Virus record (IMG/VR): IMGVR_UViG_3300020411_000002
DNA from: a virus
Taxonomy: Duplodnaviria; Caudoviricetes
Reading direction: 5' to 3' (one strand)
Length of the DNA: 64,000 nt
Shown here: in pieces, positions 38,601-47,176 of the stretch
How positions within the stretch are numbered: position 1 is the first letter of the stretch
Layout of the letters: the number at the start of each line of letters is the position of its first letter
The notes under the pieces: model-generated
What the model was told of the DNA's origin: nothing
Databases searched by the model: none
The model's input: only the letters and a program-made list of their open reading frames with translations
Translations under genes and position numbers: made by a program

Positions 38601-41433
38601 TCAACTTCTGAGGGCCGTAAGAAATATCTTGCGCACCATTCTTTAAGAAGTGAATACCAGTAAAGAACATAGTGTTACGAGGAGCGTTACGGACAAGCTC
38701 TTCTAAACGTTCCATGCCCCAAGTTTCGAAAGACTCTTTGGTAATAGGAACAGCATTCCATGTACCTTTAGTAATCTTTGCCAAGTCTTCACACCAGTTA
38801 GCACATAGTCTATCAGGTGAGATAATGATAGGCTTAATAGGTTCACCAGCTTCTGCTGCCATAGAACCAATATCTAACAATAGCGTAATAGTTTTACCAC
38901 CACCTGGGTGTATATCTAGAAGCGCGTGTTTTGGCTTACGGCGTAAATACTTGTGAGCTTTAATTTGGTGAGGGAATACTTGACTGCCCTCAGCAATGCC
39001 CGGCATACGAATATCTTCAACGTCAATCGATTCATCAGGCTGATACGACTCTGCTTCTTCTTCCGCTTGTCTAAAGATATCTACCGCGTTAGGTACATAC
39101 TTTGAATACATAAACGCAAGAGGCATGATAACACGACTAACTGTAGTAAATGGTAATGAATAGCCACCTATAATTGGGTTAAACTCTTGAAGAGGCTTAG
39201 TTAAAAGCTTAACGTCTGCTTTGGTAATCGCTTCACATGCTTTCTTAAATACAAGACCACCTAAGTAGTTGTACAAGTTACCAAACTCATACATCGAACT
39301 AGACTGCGGGTGGAAGTAAGCGTTATGGTCACGAGCTTCTGTGTGAGCGTTATCGATACCAACTTCATCAACAAGAATCTTGTATAGGTTAGTACCCGGC
39401 GTTGCAGTAGCATCACGCATTGCATCTAGAAGAAGAACATAGATAACGTTAGCTTCTGAGTTTTCATCTTTAACTAACAGATTGCCGCGTTCATCTAGAT
39501 ACTTACTATATAAAGTACGGTCTAGAGGTGAACTAGACAGGTCTGTAAGGTCTAGCTCTTGCATAGCTTCTTTTATGATGACCTGCAAGTCACGCATAGC
39601 ATTCTTACGTGATAAGAATACCATAGTCTGTAGCAAGTTTTTAAATTGCTTAGAGTAGACGAAAGAAAACAGACTAGAGATATCCCGACCGTCATAGATA
39701 GACGTAGCCTTTAATTCTTTTTCGCCAACCATTTCTGCAAAGTCAGTTCCAGGCACCATGTAGTTAAGAGTTTCTAAAAACGTCTTAGCTTGACGGCGTT
39801 CGCCTTCTTCTGAGAAATCGTAACCAAGGTAATCAGAAATAGCCAGTGCGCTTGGTGTAGTAGTACCATTCATATCGGTTGATAACTGAGTGAATGGGCT
39901 ACCAGTACCAGTAGTAAGAAAAACATTGTAGTCCCAGTTAAACGCGATTAGTGAACCACGAAAACGAGAAAGTTCTTCTTTACTGCTACGAACAGACTTT
40001 TCGATATTTGGGTCTTGCTTTGCTACTGCGAATGCTTTACTTAGAAGCGTTTTGCTTTCAGTAAGAGGAGCACCTGCTGCGTATGAGGCACGCAATGCAT
40101 CTTCCATCTTAGCTTCGTATTCTGCCGCGTTATCTAAATCAACGTCATCAGCACGAGGCATAAAGCTAAGAAGTCCACGAGGGGACACACAAATACGATC
40201 TTCGTTTACACGACCTGGGTCTTGTGGATAGCCGTTCTCTTCGCGGTGCTTAATAAGAATGCTGTTCTTAGAAGCTGGAACAATGTAACGAGGAATCTTG
40301 TTCCATTGCGCACCATGAGTAGCAGAACCTTTAGTACGCATATATACGCGTGACCATTGCGTAACCCAAGTACTTAACGCGTAGTAGTTAAGTGAGCCGT
40401 CTGTAGTTTGAGAAATATAGTCAACAAACTCTTTAGGCATGTGGATAGAGTACGAAACAGAAAACTTCGAAAGTTTAGCAGCTTCGCGAGTAACCAAGTC
40501 TTCGTTTATAGGTGCTTTAGGCTCCAAGTACGAATCAGGGTTTTCTTGCTTGTACGCGTATTCACCAGCGTAAGAAGCATACTCTTCCGCAATAGTTCTA
40601 TCAGGCGCAATCATAATCAAGAATGAGTACGTATCATTCATTACTGGGTTATTAGGAATTGAATCAAAGATATCAATTGAGAAACCCATGTTGCGGGCAA
40701 ACACCTGATTCAACATCTTAAAGTCGAAGTCTACTGGAATAGAAGCCTGCTTCCATTCGTGAGCATTTGAAACATCAGACGCCTTACCAAAGATCATTTG
40801 GTGAATTTCATCCATTGTCTTCAAAGCATTTTGCGCGACTTCACTTTCATAGTGCTGCAAGCGAGTTGTTTCGTATGTGCCATTCTTAGGGTTAGACATA
40901 GGCTTAACATCGTACTGATCGATGTAGCTAGTAAAACCAGAAGAAACTGCACTAGTGTAGTTAGGAGTACCGACAAACTTAATGTCTTTACCGCCTTTAT
41001 ATTTCTTACTTTCTTCAATGATGTGGTATTGACCGCTACCAATAGTAGCAAGGAATCCTTTAATGAATTCGTCTTTAACTTTTGGCAAGTCTGTTACTGA
41101 CTTAATCATTGATAAGCGACTTAGAAAAGCCGACTGTAAGTCTTCTGGTGAATAGTCTTCAAGGACTCCACCGTTAGTTACAGCGTAAGCAAGAAGACGC
41201 TGTAAGTTGTTAAACATTATAGAGATATCAATAGCGTTAATAGCTAACTGCGGAATCTCACGGCCTTTTACCTGCTCAGTTTTCTTAGAAGCAAAGAAGC
41301 GCTGTTCAAAGCGGTCGTTGTCTTTTTCAGAAAGTTTAACAGGTGCTAGGTCATCGACTAGTGAGTCGAATGAACCACTTAGACTCTGTAACGTGTGAGA
41401 GACTACAGTACTCACCTTAGATTCTACGAGCAT
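35647..41433 (-). CDS. Giant SNF2-family helicase/ATPase
   Basis: FPHQ, DIHPGGGKT (I), ALDESHK (II), LLTGT (III), KVLIFCRY (IV), ISEGHNMQ (V), QSTARIFR (VI); ~800-aa N-terminal and ~450-aa C-terminal extensions. Confidence 0.9.
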   Translation of the reverse strand: MLVESKVSTVVSHTLQSLSGSFDSLVDDLAPVKLSEKDNDRFEQRFFASKKTEQVKGREIPQLAINAIDISIMFNNLQRLLAYAVTNGGVLEDYSPEDLQSAFLSRLSMIKSVTDLPKVKDEFIKGFLATIGSGQYHIIEESKKYKGGKDIKFVGTPNYTSAVSSGFTSYIDQYDVKPMSNPKNGTYETTRLQHYESEVAQNALKTMDEIHQMIFGKASDVSNAHEWKQASIPVDFDFKMLNQVFARNMGFSIDIFDSIPNNPVMNDTYSFLIMIAPDRTIAEEYASYAGEYAYKQENPDSYLEPKAPINEDLVTREAAKLSKFSVSYSIHMPKEFVDYISQTTDGSLNYYALSTWVTQWSRVYMRTKGSATHGAQWNKIPRYIVPASKNSILIKHREENGYPQDPGRVNEDRICVSPRGLLSFMPRADDVDLDNAAEYEAKMEDALRASYAAGAPLTESKTLLSKAFAVAKQDPNIEKSVRSSKEELSRFRGSLIAFNWDYNVFLTTGTGSPFTQLSTDMNGTTTPSALAISDYLGYDFSEEGERRQAKTFLETLNYMVPGTDFAEMVGEKELKATSIYDGRDISSLFSFVYSKQFKNLLQTMVFLSRKNAMRDLQVIIKEAMQELDLTDLSSSPLDRTLYSKYLDERGNLLVKDENSEANVIYVLLLDAMRDATATPGTNLYKILVDEVGIDNAHTEARDHNAYFHPQSSSMYEFGNLYNYLGGLVFKKACEAITKADVKLLTKPLQEFNPIIGGYSLPFTTVSRVIMPLAFMYSKYVPNAVDIFRQAEEEAESYQPDESIDVEDIRMPGIAEGSQVFPHQIKAHKYLRRKPKHALLDIHPGGGKTITLLLDIGSMAAEAGEPIKPIIISPDRLCANWCEDLAKITKGTWNAVPITKESFETWGMERLEELVRNAPRNTMFFTGIHFLKNGAQDISYGPQKLKLYGGTEFIKRLGFNYVALDESHKAKTFDPAAGNVSAVHSTVKQIFTMPGVLYTRLLTGTFIHGLLKDAVGQSALFSSHIFRTPDDFAIDADEPDGAVRVRSKLGQHAAVITVKRKEWAFMLPNPIDSFLEIELDDDKDPYNEVFFKTYMALLEQTFDELNAAISNASKKKKTEDSEDNDTVDLDFDEDDELAMIDPMKFDGHMQRLEQILTDPWGDEAFQDAAKAANVPSDYQTPKVRAVVERLDRHFKVDKYSGDYNATAVIQHWEPGMKVRELDVVEYEKRRFMRRRLETDEVSLKRRETPASVIPPTEDTENWKEEMHGKVLIFCRYTRSTDAIYAALPERYKGMARRFHGQLDDKWQQIEDFKNDPEVRILIANEQAISEGHNMQMASRIIRVETPWSPGDYEQSTARIFRPDPSAAKIVDGKPGDMRREVIYIDWLITKSSLEVAKIARLMWKTIDKTKFDEKGNPRYDAIMEMTLDPIKMNIPTLIKAATEGIAGFWEHFEAKAKLNAIEGQEFHEMRKTTLATMQNLPIVPIEEDFARIDNVPILANQKIPDPDGFGLIDFPSWYGQWTEKNFDNNIEALLNVTEQDVTKLIRGLPVRTEFGTGTVVGWSKNFIMRDGKKVIDPRQPVSVLQIRYNANDELGKVDSRKVFVAAKVSQADLDRFFKTNKPWATETERKRIEREARKAKQAEDARREQEAARNREIEKKRKQQDRLDEKKKKREENIKEGRPVNAGITKVSELPKDNTGKVQTVDDSGKPIKDMNIEVIASVYNGFLALHVNADDPDAADLKSLGFAPFGEFAYCEFQRYMHFEKALDYIEDNIGYDQPSANRLGAVMDAFEEETRTLGFNLQLAVKVQADLPNFFRTRHRQSQNRKVIKIYPAILDDRLRLTVDMKTNPLMQKHIGKTMPGAGKFGKWKLHPGMAVFFAVNRTNAKAKIRDLRKAGYTITNMEELAKDLAQLKPVRTREHNRELQGN

Positions 41434-41442
41434 GGTAAATCC

Positions 41443-42000
41443 TTAGTCAATATAGTTATGCCAAAAATCTGGGTAATCCAGCGAATGTTGTCGGGCTTCG
41501 TCAATCAGCATAGTAGCGTAGATTTTACGAAACTTGGGTTTGTATGTTCGCCAGAATTCAGGATTGCTGTACTGAAACATTACATCAGCGAAACGATTAG
41601 CAAGCAAGTAATTACTAAACTGTTCACGAATGTTCGCGATAAGTAGATCATCCTCTGCGTCTTCATCAGAGAACACCGACTGACCGTCATAGAATTCGTC
41701 GTCATCTGCGGCTGAAATATTTTCAAGCGCCGATCGGTTTTTGCTATCCATAACCATAACAAGTTTAAGCAATGAATTAATCAAAGCATCTTTGTCTTTA
41801 GGTTCTTCGGGCAGTGTAAAGTTGTTCTTGACTGCAATGTCACGAATGGAACTGAGAATATTTTCATTCTCAACACCTAAATCGCCAGTCGTAGTAGAAC
41901 TATTGGATAGAAGGCGCCCTACTATTTCTTGTGCTTCTTGAGAATACTTTGAGCAGTCCTTAAGAACCTGCAAAAAGCTATCATTTGTTTTGTTCATCAT
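41443..42000 (-). CDS. Hypothetical protein (possible virion protein)
   Basis: 185-aa ORF with AAGG RBS. Confidence 0.8.
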   Translation of the reverse strand: MMNKTNDSFLQVLKDCSKYSQEAQEIVGRLLSNSSTTTGDLGVENENILSSIRDIAVKNNFTLPEEPKDKDALINSLLKLVMVMDSKNRSALENISAADDDEFYDGQSVFSDEDAEDDLLIANIREQFSNYLLANRFADVMFQYSNPEFWRTYKPKFRKIYATMLIDEARQHSLDYPDFWHNYID

Positions 42001-42006
42001 GTTACC

Positions 42007-42801
42007 TTAAACTTTTGATAGTACGGTGTCTAAACTTTTGAGCAAGCTATTCGAATCAGACATTGATACAACACCAGAATAAGTGCTGTATTGCATAACA
42101 GCTAGACTAGTACCGTTGTTAAGAAAACGTAGGTCATAGTTTTTGTTGTAGTACCAACCATATTCAGGAATGTTCATCAAAGAAGAAACATCTTGGGGCT
42201 TATTATAGGTTAGAGTATTGTGTTTCCCTCTATACAAGTAACCGTCAAGATAAGTTTCTAAGATAAAGTCTACAGTAGCTTTTCTGTACCTGCTTTCCAT
42301 AGTATCCATTTGACCTAAAACAGGTATCTGCTTTTTCTTAGGAAAGAGTAAATACAAGGTCTTTATAACAGGGAAAGGACATACATTAAACTTGCTACTT
42401 TCTGGTGTCTTGTTCGGCAAAATCATCTGATAGGATACGTCCCTAATAGAGAAATACTTCAATGCCTTACACAAGTTTAAATTACTTAATGTGAGTCTAT
42501 ATTCTGATTTTACACTCAGAAGTAGGTCATTCTTGATTGTTTCAAGGACCCTGAATGGAGGTGTAATATGGTTGTTCTGTAGAAAGCAAGCCCAAACCAT
42601 TAGAACATTGTAGTTAAAATCTACAGGTACTCTATCAGTAACAAGCTGATTCACATAAGGCGAGTTTATGAAAGCAGTCCAAAGTTGCTGCATTTCCTCT
42701 GAACCTAGTTCGGGAGATCTAGGAGGAAACTTAGCGCTCAGTCTATGCTGTATTGAACCACCTGCGCGTTTGACTACGCTAGCTCTTGCTTCTCTTATCA
42801 T
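42007..42801 (-). CDS. Hypothetical protein
   Basis: Track ORF 42007..42852; more likely start at ATG 42801 (MIREARAS). Confidence 0.75.
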   Translation of the reverse strand: MIREARASVVKRAGGSIQHRLSAKFPPRSPELGSEEMQQLWTAFINSPYVNQLVTDRVPVDFNYNVLMVWACFLQNNHITPPFRVLETIKNDLLLSVKSEYRLTLSNLNLCKALKYFSIRDVSYQMILPNKTPESSKFNVCPFPVIKTLYLLFPKKKQIPVLGQMDTMESRYRKATVDFILETYLDGYLYRGKHNTLTYNKPQDVSSLMNIPEYGWYYNKNYDLRFLNNGTSLAVMQYSTYSGVVSMSDSNSLLKSLDTVLSKV

Positions 42802-43189
42802 TGCGTATCTTCCGTATTCTTTCTGCTGAACCTTTAAGAAGCTTACCACCACGTTTGTTAGCTTTGCCTAACTTGTTGCTATGACAATCGCTACATAGAG
42901 TAGTTAGATTATATGCGACAGTCTTACCACCTCTAGATATAGGTATAATGTGGTCAACAGTCAAAACAACATTGCTGTACTCGCCGGGAAAACAACACGC
43001 ACCGCATCTTGTACACGTATGATTATCACGTATAAGAATTGATTCACGTATAGCAGCCCAGTTTTCTGTGTAGTGATTAATAGAAGTTCCCTGCACACTA
43101 CGTATGCGATCAGAAGTACGTACACGACCTCTTAGACCTGTAGCATTACGTTGTGCAAGTCCACCTCTACGTTTCTTTCCTATGCTCAT
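42779..43189 (-). CDS. HNH endonuclease
   Basis: ILIRDNHTCTRCG...LTVDHIIPISRGG....NLTTLCSDCHSNK. Confidence 0.92.
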   Translation of the reverse strand: MSIGKKRRGGLAQRNATGLRGRVRTSDRIRSVQGTSINHYTENWAAIRESILIRDNHTCTRCGACCFPGEYSNVVLTVDHIIPISRGGKTVAYNLTTLCSDCHSNKLGKANKRGGKLLKGSAERIRKIRNDKRSKS

Positions 43190-43896
43190 TTGTTACCAGC
43201 CGAGAATAATGCATCAGCAGCCTTATTACCACTGTTTACAGATTCTTGTATCTTAACTCCTGCTTCACGGGCATAGTTAGATAGCTTTTCTTTGACTAGT
43301 ATTACAACGCTTGGCTCTAATGTAGTCTGTAGATAAGACATAACCTCTTTGTGATATTCCACAATAGCAGCCGCGCTAGAGTGAGCTAGAGGTTTAACTA
43401 TTTGGTCTTTAATCATTTCAGAGAACTGAGAAAAGTCGGACATAGCTTTCATATCTGCAATAATCTCACGCATTTCTGCATAAGCCTTTAAAGCCGCATA
43501 CATATCTTTACTTTGTTTGGTTTCAAGATATTTCTTTTCTGCAATACGCGCCATACGACTAAGTGTTTTAAACATGTGTCCATATTCGTTAACATGTTGT
43601 ATTTCATCCTGCATTACATCAGGAAGTTTATCTAATAGCTCGGCTTGGTGTTGTTCAAATTCATCTATCAAAGCAAGCGATTGCGTTTTGTCTACTGGAG
43701 GCTTTTTACGGGCAGCTTTAGATTTAGTTGATTTATCTTTTGGTGCTGCACTACGAGCTTTGCGTTTGCGTACCCGCTTTTTAGGAGTTTCTGTTTCTTT
43801 CGTGTCTTCTACTTCTACACGTTTGCGTCTTCTTATACGCTTCTTACTAGGAGTCTCAATATTGAAGTCCCCTAATTCCATTTCTTTAATTGCCAT
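43186..43896 (-). CDS. Hypothetical protein with a basic N-terminus
   Basis: 236 aa; KKRIRRRKR and KKRVRKRKAR tracts followed by a helical domain. Confidence 0.85.
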   Translation of the reverse strand: MAIKEMELGDFNIETPSKKRIRRRKRVEVEDTKETETPKKRVRKRKARSAAPKDKSTKSKAARKKPPVDKTQSLALIDEFEQHQAELLDKLPDVMQDEIQHVNEYGHMFKTLSRMARIAEKKYLETKQSKDMYAALKAYAEMREIIADMKAMSDFSQFSEMIKDQIVKPLAHSSAAAIVEYHKEVMSYLQTTLEPSVVILVKEKLSNYAREAGVKIQESVNSGNKAADALFSAGNK

Positions 43897-43911
43897 AATT
43901 GCTCCAAAAGC

Positions 43912-43937
43912 AAAAAAGGGCCAATCAAGGCCCTTTT
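43912..43937 (-). terminator. Rho-independent terminator (possibly bidirectional)
   Basis: AAAAAAGGGCC-AATCAA-GGCCCTTTT. Confidence 0.85.
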
Positions 43938-43957
43938 GTCACAGCTTGGTATTGGGC

Positions 43958-44785
43958 TTACGCGAATACGTGCTGGCGAATACGTTTTTGAAGTTCTGCA
44001 AAGTACTTAGGAGCATGGCTGTATACACGACGATAGTAATCTACAAGTTGCTGTACTTGTGTCTTACCAACATTACCAACTGCCGCAGAAGCTTCTTGCT
44101 CTGGCTCTGGATAGTCAACGAAGCCCATGTTTCCGACAACTTGCTTATCGCTAATCGTTACAGGTTTTTCGGCATCGCTAGCTAGTACGCTTAGATTACC
44201 AGTATAAGAAGCTGATGAATCAGATTCAAATTCAGGTGAAATAACAAAACCGAACTGAGTGCGTCCAGCATCTACAAACGAAACGTAATCACCAGACTTA
44301 GGATGATTCGCTACAGTGCTTGAAGATGAAGCAAGCGCAGAGAAGTACTGAGGGTCAGAACCTTTACTGATTGGTACGCTACATTGTGCAAGCAAGCCAG
44401 CTAGTTCTTCTGGATTGTCTACAGTGTTCGAACGAACCGCAATACGACCGCTTTCAGTTTCTTCAACGTTCCAGATACGCTCTTGATCATCAAGAAACAT
44501 GTTCTTAGAAAGTGAGCGGAAACCTAGCTCTTCCATGTTATCAGTAACAGGAAGCGCAGCATGAGAAAGGGCCATCATGCCTTGAATAACTTTACGTACA
44601 GGTTCATCATTTAATACAACGAAAGACCCAGCTACAGCACTAAGCTTGCCTTGAGTTTCATTGTGCATTTGAACCATAGCCTGTTTAGCATCTACAGATT
44701 CACCACGCGAATGATGTACACTAGCAGTTACTAAAACATGGTCGCCGTTAACTATCTCATAGTCACGAATTTTAAGTGTTTGCAT
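43958..44785 (-). CDS. Hypothetical protein, probable virion protein
   Basis: Start moved to ATG 44785 (MQTLK) with GGAGA upstream; acidic, Ala/Ser/Val-rich; followed by a strong terminator. Confidence 0.8.
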   Translation of the reverse strand: MQTLKIRDYEIVNGDHVLVTASVHHSRGESVDAKQAMVQMHNETQGKLSAVAGSFVVLNDEPVRKVIQGMMALSHAALPVTDNMEELGFRSLSKNMFLDDQERIWNVEETESGRIAVRSNTVDNPEELAGLLAQCSVPISKGSDPQYFSALASSSSTVANHPKSGDYVSFVDAGRTQFGFVISPEFESDSSASYTGNLSVLASDAEKPVTISDKQVVGNMGFVDYPEPEQEASAAVGNVGKTQVQQLVDYYRRVYSHAPKYFAELQKRIRQHVFA

Positions 44786-44828
44786 TGGTATCTCCAACAG
44801 AAAATTTTTATCCTACACGTTAAATTAC

Positions 44829-46052
44829 TTAACGTCTGCCTCTAGATGGACTAGAAACCCATCCGTTTAGTGAACCGCCAAAACCAGTTCCACCATATCC
44901 AAGTTTGGTTGTTGGTGCATTAGTAATTCTAACTTTACCAAACGCATTACCAAAGCTTAGTTGGTTTCTACCGGCGCTGCCGTCACCAGAAGTATGTCCA
45001 GCTTTAACCAACAATTTCTTGTATGGTAGCAGACGTTGATCAATATAACTTTCGATTCTTCCAATAGCTCCCTCGATTGCAGGAGTACGATCCACATTCA
45101 ACGAAACAGTTTGACCAGAAAAGTCAAAAGCTAATGCACCTTCCGCTTGTATTTGCGAACTGAGTGCAAAGAACGAAGCACAGTTAACCCAAGCTTCAAG
45201 AATGTGACCTTGCATATTCATACCAGTAAATCCTGTAATATGAGGAGGTAACTGGTTAAACATGTTAAGACCACGGTGAAGATACGTAATCATATCTCCC
45301 ATTGTATAATCAAGACTTGGAATAACATTATCAATGCGGGCTTTGTTAATGTAGCTTTCAACTTGACTGATAGCTACCATAACCTGCGGCGTCATTACCC
45401 ACAAATTCTGATTGTACATCTTTGGTACAGCGCTAGGAGAGTTTGGTACTAGCTGAGCCATGAACGTATACGGTTCAAACCCTACTATTGGAAAACAATC
45501 TGCTACACGCAAGTTAGTACGAGTACTGCTTGTAGTGTATTTAACTGAATCCACAACCCCAGGCTCTACAAGAACATGTTCGAAAACAGGTTGGTTGTTT
45601 AGATACGCAGATATATAAAGTCGTTCGCCTTTGGCATGATTGTAAGGGAATGGCAATAGTATGTCTATCCACCCTTGCCCTTTAACCTGCTTAAAGTAAA
45701 CTGCATCACTATCTCTGCTTTCAATTCCCGGCTCAACAACTATAAAAGATTTTAGCTGGTGGTTTTGTCCAGTGTCATCAACTACTTTCCAAACAGTTTG
45801 GAACTTAGTAGAGTCTTCTAAATCCATATATGGAATAGAGAAGTCTATCTGCCACTGACCGGGGAGTAAATCAGGAGTTGCAATACCCTGTGCAATAATG
45901 CTACGGTCTTCGTCGTTGTCATATAAAATAACTTCAACGCCGGTAGTAGTTTCATGCGGTAGAATCGGGTCATCAAAATCATCAAGAAGAATTTCTTTCA
46001 AATTTATCGTATCGCCTTCAACCACTGTAGGGACAATGTTTGTTTGTGCCAT
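44829..46052 (-). CDS. Putative virion structural protein (neck/adaptor-like)
   Basis: Beta-rich N-terminal domains, helical region and Gly-rich C-terminus; product call rests on architecture only. Confidence 0.45.
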   Translation of the reverse strand: MAQTNIVPTVVEGDTINLKEILLDDFDDPILPHETTTGVEVILYDNDEDRSIIAQGIATPDLLPGQWQIDFSIPYMDLEDSTKFQTVWKVVDDTGQNHQLKSFIVVEPGIESRDSDAVYFKQVKGQGWIDILLPFPYNHAKGERLYISAYLNNQPVFEHVLVEPGVVDSVKYTTSSTRTNLRVADCFPIVGFEPYTFMAQLVPNSPSAVPKMYNQNLWVMTPQVMVAISQVESYINKARIDNVIPSLDYTMGDMITYLHRGLNMFNQLPPHITGFTGMNMQGHILEAWVNCASFFALSSQIQAEGALAFDFSGQTVSLNVDRTPAIEGAIGRIESYIDQRLLPYKKLLVKAGHTSGDGSAGRNQLSFGNAFGKVRITNAPTTKLGYGGTGFGGSLNGWVSSPSRGRR

Positions 46053-47176
46053 TATATGATTCCCTCTAGCAGTTTTTGTAAACGCACATCATGCCTAGTC
46101 AGATTGACATAAGCTCGTTTACCGTCACTAATAAATTGATAAAAACTGGACTGCACAGCAGGTTCTTCAAATGCTCTACGGTAGTTTGCCAATTCTTCTT
46201 TTGCGTCTGCTCTGTCTAAGTCTGAACCTGAGTAGCCGCCATAAACGAGAACGTTCATAAGATGAAGCAATGCAAAGCAATTGTCAGTTACTTCTATTTG
46301 GTCGTTACTTAAAATCTGATTGAAGTCTTGAATGCCTTTAGTTAGGTAATCATAGATTCCACCTACTTCTGAATGAAGCTCTTTATAAATAGAGCTATTA
46401 GAAGTTGGAATAATATCAGCTAAGTGAACCAAGTAATAAAGACCGAATTCATCTATGTTCAAGAATCTAGGCGATAGTAGGTTCTGAGCTTTAAACCAAA
46501 ATTCTTTACAGTACAACCAGTACGGCATTGGAGTGTCGTTAAACATGTTTCGAATACTTTTTCCAAAATACCGAGTATACATGGTAAACGCAGACAGGTT
46601 GCCTGATGCATCATCGTGGTTGTAGTTGGTATTGTACCAATCTTTATAAAGAACAAATGATTTAGATAGAAGACCTATCGAGTTATACAGATAAATCAAT
46701 TCACGTTCAGTATTAAAAGATAAACTAAGACGGCGAAGAGAGGACTTATCAAAACTGATAGTTAGATACGTGTAGGAAGAACCACCGGTTGACCAGTAAG
46801 AAACTGTATCGACACCATCTGAGTTCTTTTCTTTAGAATTGAGTTCAGGAAGTCTTTTTGAATAAGGGCGTGCCGATAGAGCAAAAGTAAACGCCAGTCC
46901 TGTATTGAATCCAATAACAGAATCAGGTGGCGATATAGAGTAGCCGGTGGACCTTGCATTAACGTAGTTTGTTACGTTTATTAAAGACAAAGTGTCCGCG
47001 TAACTGAAAACAGATTTATCTTCATAGAATATACGAAAGATTAATTCTGCTAGCTCACCAACTTGCTGTCCGAAGTTCTCTTTATTAAAACGAGAATAAG
47101 AGCCCAGCAAACCGTTTACTGGACTCAATCGAAAAGTTGTTGGTACGTGTTTGTGTAGCTTAGAGTTCTGGCTCAT
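46052..47176 (-). CDS. Hypothetical protein
   Basis: 374-aa ORF coupled to the downstream gene. Confidence 0.85.
   Translation of the reverse strand: MSQNSKLHKHVPTTFRLSPVNGLLGSYSRFNKENFGQQVGELAELIFRIFYEDKSVFSYADTLSLINVTNYVNARSTGYSISPPDSVIGFNTGLAFTFALSARPYSKRLPELNSKEKNSDGVDTVSYWSTGGSSYTYLTISFDKSSLRRLSLSFNTERELIYLYNSIGLLSKSFVLYKDWYNTNYNHDDASGNLSAFTMYTRYFGKSIRNMFNDTPMPYWLYCKEFWFKAQNLLSPRFLNIDEFGLYYLVHLADIIPTSNSSIYKELHSEVGGIYDYLTKGIQDFNQILSNDQIEVTDNCFALLHLMNVLVYGGYSGSDLDRADAKEELANYRRAFEEPAVQSSFYQFISDGKRAYVNLTRHDVRLQKLLEGII

Noticed and set aside
31891-41433. Inteins or introns in PolA or the giant SNF2
   Set aside because: Motif spacing is continuous; no intein C-terminal HN-C/S/T block or LAGLIDADG motif recognised
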